Shown here one piece after another: positions 26,700 through 34,981 of a DNA stretch of 64,000 nt (its first letter is position 1; every line of letters starts with the position of its first letter). The notes beneath the pieces are model-generated. The model was not told where the DNA came from. It did no database searches and saw only the letters and a list, made by a program, of their open reading frames with translations. The position numbers were made by a program, and so were the translations under genes. The stretch spans positions 444 to 64,443 of the forward strand of contig CAZKUR010000014.1 of the NCBI GenBank assembly GCA_964556005.1, given 5' to 3'. The stretch is from an uncultured Ignavibacteriaceae bacterium (GTDB lineage: Bacteria > Bacteroidota > Ignavibacteria > Ignavibacteriales > Ignavibacteriaceae).

Positions 26700-27974
26700 A
26701 TGATGCTAAAAAAAAATTTAAAACTAATTATTGGAATCCTATTCTTTTTTTCAGCGTGCAGAGATAACGGGAAAATAATTGTAATTAATTTCTGGGCGTT
26801 TGGTGCCGAATCCGAAAATGTACAAAAACTTTTAAATGAATTTGAGAAGTTCCATCCCGGCATTAAGGTAAAAGTTCAGGCTATTCCCTGGACTGCTGCA
26901 CACGAAAAACTAATTACTGCTTTTGCAAGTGAAACTACCCCGGATATTACACAACTTGGAAATACATGGATTCCGGAATTTGCTGCTTTGAATTCATTAG
27001 AAGAACTTAAAAACCTAGTAAAATATTCAGAAGTTATTAAAGAGAGAGATTTTTTCCCTGGTATCTGGAAGACGAATAAGCTGGGAGAAAAATTATTTGG
27101 AATTCCCTGGTACGTCGATACACGCGTACTTTTTTACCGGAAAGACTTAATGGAAAAGGCAGGGTTTCCGAATCCTCCACGAACTTGGCAGGAACTTCAC
27201 GATGCAGCTTTTCAAATTAAAAAGAATTCATCATTGCATAATTGTTATCCTCTTTTCCTCCCGACTTCTGAATGGGCTCCTTTTATAATATTCGGAATGC
27301 AAAACGGCGCCGCTCTGTTAAAAGATCATAATACGTTAGGTAATTTTAGCGATCCTAAATTTGAAGAAGCATTTAAATATTTGATAAATTTTTATAAAGA
27401 TGATCTTGCTCCGGTTGCAATGACAGGTATCTCAAATGTTTACCAGGCATTTGAAGAAGGTTATATAGCTATGTATATTACCGGCCCATGGAATGTAACC
27501 GAATTTAAAAATAGACTTACCAATAACAATAAAATTGATTGGCAGACTGCTCCGCTTCCCTCGCCAAATAATATTTATCCCGGGGCATCTATCGCCGGAG
27601 GTTCAAGCCTGGTAATTTTTAAAAATTCTAAATGTAAAAATGAAGCATGGAAACTGATTGAGTTTCTATCATCAAAAAAAGCTCAAGTTAATTTCTTTAA
27701 AGTATCTTCTGATCTTCCGGCAGTTAAAGAGGCTTGGGATGATTCAATTTTAGTAAATGATAAATATTTAAAAGCATTTTATGATCAGCTTCAAAATGTT
27801 CTTCCAATGCCGCAGGTTCCCGAATGGGAGCAAATTGTATTTTCCAAATTGCAGCAGTATGCTGAATATGCGGCAAGAGGGAGAATGGGTATTAAAGAAG
27901 CATTAAATCACTTGGATAATGATGCAGATAAAATTTTAGAGAAACGACGATGGATGGTAAAAAATAAATTATAA
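26700..27974 (+). CDS. Carbohydrate ABC transporter substrate-binding lipoprotein (family 1 / CUT1)
   Basis: The ORF track gives 26586..27974, but its first 38 codons overlap the preceding gene. The ATG at 26700 gives MMLKKNLKLIIGILFFFSAC (lipobox). The sequence is typical of family 1 extracellular solute-binding proteins. Confidence 0.85.
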   Translation: MMLKKNLKLIIGILFFFSACRDNGKIIVINFWAFGAESENVQKLLNEFEKFHPGIKVKVQAIPWTAAHEKLITAFASETTPDITQLGNTWIPEFAALNSLEELKNLVKYSEVIKERDFFPGIWKTNKLGEKLFGIPWYVDTRVLFYRKDLMEKAGFPNPPRTWQELHDAAFQIKKNSSLHNCYPLFLPTSEWAPFIIFGMQNGAALLKDHNTLGNFSDPKFEEAFKYLINFYKDDLAPVAMTGISNVYQAFEEGYIAMYITGPWNVTEFKNRLTNNNKIDWQTAPLPSPNNIYPGASIAGGSSLVIFKNSKCKNEAWKLIEFLSSKKAQVNFFKVSSDLPAVKEAWDDSILVNDKYLKAFYDQLQNVLPMPQVPEWEQIVFSKLQQYAEYAARGRMGIKEALNHLDNDADKILEKRRWMVKNKL

Positions 27975-27989
27975 ATAAATGCTAAAATT

Positions 27990-28880
27990 TTGAATACTCG
28001 AAAATTTAAAATATCGGCAGCCTACTTTTTTCTTGCTCCGTCTCTAATAGTGATTTTTATTTTCTTTTTAATTCCGGTAATTGCTGCTTTGTTAATGAGC
28101 TTTACTGATTTTGATATATATGCACTTGGCAGCATAGGTAATATGAGATTCATCGGAGCCGGAAATTATTTTAATCTTTTTAACGATCCTCTTTTCTGGC
28201 AGGCATTAAAAAATACATCTTACTTTATTCTTGTCGGCGGGCCTTTATCCATATTCGTATCATTGCTTGCGGCAATACTGCTGAGTTCAAAGCTGGTGAA
28301 ATTTAAAAGTTTCTTTAGGCTGGTTTATTTTATGCCAGTCGTTACAACACTGGTCGCCGTTGCAATTGTTTGGAGATACATATACCATCCTCGTTTTGGA
28401 GTGCTTAATTATTTACTCAGCTTTATCGGTATAAATCCAATAGATTGGCTCGGCGATCCGAATTGGGCAATGCCGGCTATAATTCTTCTTGCAATATGGA
28501 AAAACTTCGGTTACAATATGATAATTTTTATCGCCGGAATTCAAAATATTTCGGAAGACCTCTATGATGCCGCTAATTTGGATGGAGCATCAAGCTGGCA
28601 AAAATTTAAAAATATTACACTGCCTTTGCTTGCTCCGACTACAATTTTTATTACTCTCATTACTATCATCGGATACTTTCAATTATTTGCAGAACCCTAT
28701 GTAATGACACAGGGCGGTCCGCTAAACAGTACGCTGAGCATTGTTTTGTATATGTACCAGGAAGGCTTCCGCTGGTGGAATATGGGATATTCTGCGGCAC
28801 TGGCGTTCGTTCTCTTTTTTATTGTTCTCATAATTACTCTAATACAACTTAAGGTAGTTAAAGAAAATACATTATACTAA
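27990..28880 (+). CDS. Carbohydrate ABC transporter permease (MalF/UgpA-like)
   Basis: 296-aa ORF (TTG start) with six hydrophobic segments and the EAA loop EDLYDAANLDGASSWQKFKNITLPLL. Confidence 0.9.
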   Translation: MNTRKFKISAAYFFLAPSLIVIFIFFLIPVIAALLMSFTDFDIYALGSIGNMRFIGAGNYFNLFNDPLFWQALKNTSYFILVGGPLSIFVSLLAAILLSSKLVKFKSFFRLVYFMPVVTTLVAVAIVWRYIYHPRFGVLNYLLSFIGINPIDWLGDPNWAMPAIILLAIWKNFGYNMIIFIAGIQNISEDLYDAANLDGASSWQKFKNITLPLLAPTTIFITLITIIGYFQLFAEPYVMTQGGPLNSTLSIVLYMYQEGFRWWNMGYSAALAFVLFFIVLIITLIQLKVVKENTLY

Positions 28881-29690
28881 ATGAAGAAAATAATAATTCA
28901 TATTTTTATGCTGCTGGCTGCATTGATGTGTTTGCTGCCATTCATTTGGATGCTCTCTGCTTCGTTGATGCAAAGCGGACATGCTAGTGTTTATCCGCCC
29001 AGGTTTATTCCGGATAAAATAACATTCGAGCAGTATGCGAATTTATTTCAACGACTTAATGTTTCAAGATATCTCTTCAATAGTGTTGCCGTTTCGATTT
29101 TGATCACAGTGATTTCGTTATTTGTTAATTCAATGGCGGGATTTGCTTTTGCAAAATATCGCTTTAGGGGAAAAGATAAATTATTCAAAATTCTACTTAG
29201 CTTTATGATTGTACCTGCACAGGTAACAATGCTTCCGCTGTTTCTTATGCTTAAAGAAATGGGATTTATAAATACTTATATGGCTTTAATCATCCCGGGT
29301 ATGGCAAGTGTATTCGGAATATTTTTAATCAGGCAATATCTTCTTTCCATTCCCGACAGTTTAATAGAATCCGCTAAGATAGACGGCGCTTCGGATTTAC
29401 GCATCTATTTTTCCATAATATTACCGCTTGCAAAACCGATATTAATTACACTTGCTATATTTACTTTCATGGGAACGTGGAACGATTTTCTCTGGCCTTT
29501 AATTGCAATGACGGATAATTCAATGTATACTCTTCCGGTTGCACTTGCAAATTTGATGGGAGAGCATACCTCTGATACTGAATTAATGATGGCCGGTTCG
29601 GTAATTACTATCCTGCCGATTTTAATAATCTTCCTCATTTTACAGAAGCAGTATGTAAAAGGAATTATGCTGGGAAGTGTTAAAGGATAA
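28881..29690 (+). CDS. Carbohydrate ABC transporter permease (MalG/UgpE-like)
   Basis: 269-aa ORF directly abutting the previous stop, with the EAA loop DSLIESAKIDGASDLRIYFSIILPLAKP. Confidence 0.9.
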   Translation: MKKIIIHIFMLLAALMCLLPFIWMLSASLMQSGHASVYPPRFIPDKITFEQYANLFQRLNVSRYLFNSVAVSILITVISLFVNSMAGFAFAKYRFRGKDKLFKILLSFMIVPAQVTMLPLFLMLKEMGFINTYMALIIPGMASVFGIFLIRQYLLSIPDSLIESAKIDGASDLRIYFSIILPLAKPILITLAIFTFMGTWNDFLWPLIAMTDNSMYTLPVALANLMGEHTSDTELMMAGSVITILPILIIFLILQKQYVKGIMLGSVKG

Positions 29691-29714
29691 ATAAATATTA
29701 ATTGGTAAAATATT

Positions 29715-31928
29715 ATGAAATTTAAAAATTTATTTTGCTTCAATATCGTTTTATTTACTGCAATAGTTTTTTCTCAAAACAAGGAAGTCGAAAATAAGAT
29801 TGATTCGCTGATATCCCGTATGACATTGCAGGAAAAAGTCGGTCAGTTAGTACAGTACAGTGGCACTGAAAAATGGAAAGAGGAATTGCTCGGGCAAGGT
29901 AGAGTCGGTTCATTTTTAAATATTAGAAATGTTGAAGAAGTAAATAGATTACAAAAAATCGCAATTGAACAAACAAGGCTTGCTATACCATTAATTTTTG
30001 GGAACGATGTTATTCACGGATATAATACAACTTTTCCAATTCCATTAGCACAAGCTTCAAGCTGGAATCCTGAACTTGTCGAACAAGCTGCTTCAATCTC
30101 GGCATTTGAAGCTGCTTCGAACGGTACAAAATGGACCTTTGCTCCAATGGTAGATATAGCTCGGGATCCAAGATGGGGAAGAATAGCTGAAGGTTTTGGT
30201 GAAGATCCTTATCTGGGCAGTGTAATGGCAGCTTCAATTGTAAATGGATTTCAGGGAACAGATATTAGCAGCCCAAATAAAATAGTCGGATGTGCTAAAC
30301 ATTATGTTGCTTACGGAGGTGCTGAAGGAGGACGGGATTATAATACTGTTGATATTTCCGAAAGAACCTTAAGAGAAATTTATCTACCTCCTTTCAAATC
30401 TGCAGTCGATGCAGGAGTAGGAACAATTATGAGTGCATTCAATGAAGTAAATGGAATGCCCGCGTCCGCCAATTATTTTACACTGACTAAAATTTTGAGG
30501 GATGAATGGAAATTTAATGGTTTTGTTGTTAGCGATTGGAATGCAATAGGCGAACTAATAAATCATGGAATTGTTGATAATAAAAAAGATGCAGCTTATT
30601 GCAGTATAACAGCGGGAATAGATATGGACATGGCAGGGGATACATTAATTGGGAACGTCTATTTAAATAATTTGGAAAATCTATTTAAGGATGGAAAGCT
30701 AAATGAAAACATAATAGATACTGCAGTGAAGAGAGTGTTACGTATAAAATTCAAAGCAGGATTATTTGACCATCCATTTGTAAATATAAATTATTTTAAA
30801 GAACGTAATCTTTCCAAAGAAGAAAAAGATAAAACCGCACTTAAGTTATCAAAGGAATCAATAGTACTTTTAAAAAATGAAGGCAATATTTTGCCTTTAA
30901 GAAAGGATATAAAATCAATATCAGTAATCGGTCCACTTGCAGATAATCGTCAGGATGTTTTAGGTCCCTGGAACACCGAACCAATTATAGAAAATGTTGT
31001 AACTGTTTTGAAAGGAATTAAAAATGAGGTTTCTGCTAGTACTAAAATAATTTATAAATTAGGATGTGAGATCAATAGTGAAGATAAAAGTTATTTTGAA
31101 GATGCTGTTAATGCAGCCAAAATTTCCGATGTTGTTTTATTAGTCCTTGGTGAAGGGGCTGATATGAGTGGAGAAGCTGCAAGCAGATCAAATCTTGATT
31201 TGCCCGGTATTCAGGAAGAACTGCTTGAAAGAATTTATCGAATAGGAAAACCCGTAATATTAATTTTAATGAACGGACGTCCCCTCTCCTTTTCATGGGC
31301 AGCGGAAAATATTCCTGCAATTCTTGAAGCCTGGTTTTTAGGAGAGCAAACAGGTAATGCAATTGCAGATGTAATTTTCGGAGATTATAATCCATCCGGG
31401 AAATTGACTGTAAGTTTTCCCCGTACAACTGGACAAATTCCGGTTTATTATAACCATAAAAATACTGGCAGGCCCTTTAATAAAAATGATAAATATACTT
31501 CAAAATATTTAGATTTACCTGAAGGTCCTCTTTATCCGTTCGGTTACGGCTTAAGCTATACAAAATTTGAGTATAATAATATAAAAATCAAATACGATAC
31601 ACTTTCTTCCGGGCAAAATAATTCCGTTAGTATTGATGTTAAAAATATTGGTAAAGTTGAAGGTGAAGAAGTTGTTCAACTTTATGTGCATGATTGTACC
31701 GCAAGCATTACTAGACCGGTTCAGGAATTAAAAGCATTCAAGAAAATTTCTCTAAAACCTGGTGAGAGCAAAACGGTTAGCTTCAATATTTCCCAGGATA
31801 TGCTTTCATTCTATGGAACTGAAATGAAACAGATAGTAGAACCTGGAAAATTTGAAATCATGATCGGCGGAAATTCAGATAATACGATCAAAACTTCTTT
31901 CGTCTTAGGGAAGATGACTGAGATGTAA
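29715..31928 (+). CDS. GH3 beta-glucosidase (BglX-like), periplasmic
   Basis: 737-aa ORF with signal peptide MKFKNLFCFNIVLFTAIVFSQ. GH3 blocks are KHYVAYGGAEGGRDYN and the nucleophile motif GFVVSDW, followed by a C-terminal FN3-like domain. Confidence 0.9.
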   Translation: MKFKNLFCFNIVLFTAIVFSQNKEVENKIDSLISRMTLQEKVGQLVQYSGTEKWKEELLGQGRVGSFLNIRNVEEVNRLQKIAIEQTRLAIPLIFGNDVIHGYNTTFPIPLAQASSWNPELVEQAASISAFEAASNGTKWTFAPMVDIARDPRWGRIAEGFGEDPYLGSVMAASIVNGFQGTDISSPNKIVGCAKHYVAYGGAEGGRDYNTVDISERTLREIYLPPFKSAVDAGVGTIMSAFNEVNGMPASANYFTLTKILRDEWKFNGFVVSDWNAIGELINHGIVDNKKDAAYCSITAGIDMDMAGDTLIGNVYLNNLENLFKDGKLNENIIDTAVKRVLRIKFKAGLFDHPFVNINYFKERNLSKEEKDKTALKLSKESIVLLKNEGNILPLRKDIKSISVIGPLADNRQDVLGPWNTEPIIENVVTVLKGIKNEVSASTKIIYKLGCEINSEDKSYFEDAVNAAKISDVVLLVLGEGADMSGEAASRSNLDLPGIQEELLERIYRIGKPVILILMNGRPLSFSWAAENIPAILEAWFLGEQTGNAIADVIFGDYNPSGKLTVSFPRTTGQIPVYYNHKNTGRPFNKNDKYTSKYLDLPEGPLYPFGYGLSYTKFEYNNIKIKYDTLSSGQNNSVSIDVKNIGKVEGEEVVQLYVHDCTASITRPVQELKAFKKISLKPGESKTVSFNISQDMLSFYGTEMKQIVEPGKFEIMIGGNSDNTIKTSFVLGKMTEM

Positions 31929-31998
31929 TACTATTATACTAATAAAAGAATGATATTAAAAGAACCGAATGAAGATAAAAAAGGATACAGTAATTACA

Positions 31999-32275
31999 GA
32001 CCCGACATCATGTGAATAGATTATCGAAGGTCGGGTGAAGCAATCCCAATAGATGAGATACAAGAGTGAGATTGCTTCACTCGAAAACTCATTACTAATA
32101 ACAAGATAGGTAGTGAATAACCCAAAAAAGTAAAGGTCATTACGAATCCCGATTCATCAGTCACCACGCAGAATCGGGATGAAGTAATCCTATCCATTAT
32201 ATTGATAAAAAGTGAGATTGTCCGCCTAAGGGCGAGACCTCGTCTTTGACGGGCTAAAGCGGGCTTCACTCAACC
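31999..32275. repeat. GC-rich hairpin island (cluster of short stem-loops) in an AT-rich intergenic region
   Basis: Read directly. Stems are ACCCGAC/GTCGGGT (32000-06 / 32030-36), GTGAAGCAATC/GATTGCTTCAC (32035-45 / 32070-80) and ATCCCGATTC/GAATCGGGAT (32146-55 / 32171-80). There is also a unit GTCATTACGAA...GAAGTAATCC (32136-32190). The 82-aa ORF called here looks like a composition artefact. Confidence 0.55.
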
Positions 32276-32344
32276 AATATTCAAATCTGAACTCTGTTGG
32301 GTTCACAATAATTATTGAAATGATTTTAGGGTTTTCCAACTAAT

Positions 32345-32404
32345 ACTAAAATTGTTATTCATCTGATAAATAAAGACAAGGACTTTTCGATAACCGGTTA
32401 TGAC
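32345..32404 (+). repeat. Conserved AT-rich module, copy 1 (second copy at 58412-58478)
   Basis: TTGTTATTCATCTGATAAATAAAGACAAGG (32352-32381) differs at 2 of 30 positions from 58425-58454. The flanks also align (ACTAAAAT upstream, CG.TAAC...ATGAC downstream). Confidence 0.55.
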
Positions 32405-32499
32405 AGTTGATAAGATTATCATCATTTTAATGAAAGGTTAATATATCAGAACTAAATATTGTTATTTCTTTTTCGATTACACTAAGGGAGTAATTAGTT

Positions 32500-34662
32500 A
32501 TGTTATCTCTCAAGAAAATTTTTATAATCATTATTTTCGTATCGATGTTTATTTTTCCTCAATCAAAATATGATAATCATGTTTTTTTTGATTACAGTAA
32601 AAGCGATAATTTTTATTTCTACAGTTCAGGCTTTTTTGACGGCGAATCGAAAATTTCTTTACTAAACAGTAAGCTTCCTGTCGAATCATCTAATTTCTTT
32701 TGTCCTCCTAATTGCATTAGAATGAACTGGACTTCCAGCGAAAATGGTAATTGGAAAGGCATAATTAAAATTGATAAGTGGAGGAACAGGAATATAAATT
32801 TTTACGGAGATTATCTTTCTTTCTGGATTTTTGCTCCTGTTGAAATAGAAAAAAATTCATTGCCTCTTATTTCAATAAAGGATTGGCAAAACAAAGAAAC
32901 GAATGCTTTAAAGATTTCACAATTTATTAATGAAATATTCTACAAAAAATGGACTCAAATTAAAATTCCGATTAAAGCATTTTCAAAAACGGACAAGGCT
33001 TTTAATTTTCATAAAATTAAAGAAATAAATTTCTCTCAAGGTTTTCCTGATAAAAAAGAACATACTCTTTTAATTGATGAAATAACTTTCGTTAATCTTT
33101 ACAATAACTCATTTAACCTTCCGGTTCCTAAATTGATTAAGGCTAAAGGATATGATAGGCATATTGAATTGGAATGGGAGAAAATAAATAATCCTGGATT
33201 ATTTGCATATAAAATATACAGATCAACGAACGGTGTCAATTTTACACCGGTAGCATTTCAAAAAGACAACTTTAATCGTTATTCGGATTTTTTAGGTAAA
33301 AGCGGCGTAAAGGTATATTATAAAGTAAGTTGTCTTGACTTAAATTTTAATGAAAGCCCGCTATCAAATTCTGTTTCTTCCGAAACAAAAAAAATGAGTG
33401 ACGAAGAGTTATTATCAATGGTACAGGAAGCAAGCTTCCGATACTATTGGGATTCGGGTCATAAGGCAGCAGGTTTAGGATTGGAAAATATTCCGGGTGA
33501 TGAAAACTTGATTGCTGTCGGTGCCTCTGGCTTTGGAATTATGGCAATTATTACAGCGGCAGAAAGAGGATTCATAACTCGTGACCAAGCGGTTCAGAGA
33601 CTCTTAATGATTGTTAGGTTTCTAAAAAAAGCAGATACATTTCACGGAGCTTTTCCTCATTTTTTAGATGGGAATACCGGTAATGTTATTCCGCTTTTCG
33701 GGAAACATGACAACGGCGGTGATCTCGTAGAAACTGCATTCTTAATGGAAGGTCTTCTTACGGCAAGGCAGTACTTTAATAAAAATATTGCAGATGAAAA
33801 TGAAATTAGAAATAGCATTACTGAAATCTGGCAACGAATTGAATGGAATTGGTACAAGCAAAGTTCGGACAGCGATTTTTTATTCTGGCATTGGTCCCCA
33901 GACTTTGAGTGGGTTATCAATCATCCTCTCGTCGGCTGGAACGAAACAATGATAGTTTACCTTTTAGCAATTGCTTCTCCAACTTATCCTGTTGAACCGG
34001 AAATGTTTTACAGCGGTTTCTGCGGACAGTCCGAACGCGCCGTGAAGTACCGGCGCAATTGGGGTAAGACTACTGACGGAGATCATTATGCAAACGGTAA
34101 TAACTATTACGGAATAAAACTGGATGTTGGAGTCGGCAGCGGCGGCCCTTTATTTTTTAATCATTATTCGTTCATGGGATTTGATCCCAAGATTATTAAA
34201 GATGAATACACAGACTATTTCGAAAACAGTAAAAATATTACACGAATAAATCATCTATATTGCATTGATAATCCGGGAGGGTATGCTGGTTATGGTGATA
34301 GCTGCTGGGGCTTAACGGCCAGTGATGATCCTTGGGGTTATCTGGCGCATGATCCTTCAGCAAATAAAGATAACGGTACAATTACTCCAACCGGTGCGTT
34401 GGCTTCTTTTCCGTTTACACCGGAAGAATCGATGAAGGCCTTAAAATATTTTTACCGTGAATTAGGCGATAAACTGTGGGGAATATATGGCTTTTACGAT
34501 GCATTTAACTTAACTCAAAATTGGTTTGCTAAAATTTATATGGGATTAAATCAGGCGCCTATTACAGTAATGATTGAAAATTATCGAACCGGATTTATCT
34601 GGAAATTGTTTATGTCGAATCCGGAAATTCAACAAATGGTTAAGAGAATTGGAGTTAAATGA
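32500..34662 (+). CDS. Glucoamylase-like (PF10091-type, GH144-like) enzyme, signal peptide but no T9SS CTD (periplasmic paralogue)
   Basis: 720-aa ORF behind a GGGAG SD, with signal peptide MLSLKKIFIIIIFVSMFIFPQ. It has the same N-terminal module, FN3-like domain and catalytic blocks as 24269..26689 (GASGFGIMAI, FHGAFPHFLDGNTG, GGDLVETAFLMEGLLTARQYF, WNETMIVYLLAIASPTY, GGPLFFNHYSFMGFD, YGFYDAFN...NQAPITVMIEN). It ends ...MVKRIGVK with no PNPFNP tail. Confidence 0.65.
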   Translation: MLSLKKIFIIIIFVSMFIFPQSKYDNHVFFDYSKSDNFYFYSSGFFDGESKISLLNSKLPVESSNFFCPPNCIRMNWTSSENGNWKGIIKIDKWRNRNINFYGDYLSFWIFAPVEIEKNSLPLISIKDWQNKETNALKISQFINEIFYKKWTQIKIPIKAFSKTDKAFNFHKIKEINFSQGFPDKKEHTLLIDEITFVNLYNNSFNLPVPKLIKAKGYDRHIELEWEKINNPGLFAYKIYRSTNGVNFTPVAFQKDNFNRYSDFLGKSGVKVYYKVSCLDLNFNESPLSNSVSSETKKMSDEELLSMVQEASFRYYWDSGHKAAGLGLENIPGDENLIAVGASGFGIMAIITAAERGFITRDQAVQRLLMIVRFLKKADTFHGAFPHFLDGNTGNVIPLFGKHDNGGDLVETAFLMEGLLTARQYFNKNIADENEIRNSITEIWQRIEWNWYKQSSDSDFLFWHWSPDFEWVINHPLVGWNETMIVYLLAIASPTYPVEPEMFYSGFCGQSERAVKYRRNWGKTTDGDHYANGNNYYGIKLDVGVGSGGPLFFNHYSFMGFDPKIIKDEYTDYFENSKNITRINHLYCIDNPGGYAGYGDSCWGLTASDDPWGYLAHDPSANKDNGTITPTGALASFPFTPEESMKALKYFYRELGDKLWGIYGFYDAFNLTQNWFAKIYMGLNQAPITVMIENYRTGFIWKLFMSNPEIQQMVKRIGVK

Positions 34663-34981
34663 TTTCCGGCAATTTACGGTGAAAAATCTTAAATTAAATT
34701 AAACTTTAACTTTAGATGATCATTTCCCCGATAAATAACTTTTTGAAAATTACCTAATTCACTGCAAATAATCATTTCTTAATTAAATTAAGATTTGAAT
34801 TCATTTGATTTTAATTTTGTTACATATAATATGTAGAACTTGTCTATTTATGCTACTTAACCGGTAAACATTTATTGGATATTTCGCTATAATTATTTAT
34901 GATCAACAGGTTTAATAATAGTTCAATTAGTATTAAATTCAGGAAACAATTTATTCAAATTTTTTTTGCAAAGGATTATTC

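Noticed and set aside
32021-32269. 82-aa minus-strand ORF in the spacer after the GH3 gene
   Set aside because: It lies entirely within the GC-rich hairpin island. It has an Arg/Leu-rich sequence with no start context and is explained by repeat composition.
34821-34835. Palindrome TACATA-TAA-TATGTA upstream of the ROK glucokinase gene as a third LacI operator
   Set aside because: The half-sites are in the opposite arrangement to the ATGTAAA..TTTACAT operators at 11770 and 12033, and the arms are only 6 nt long. Such AT-rich palindromes are expected by chance in this composition.
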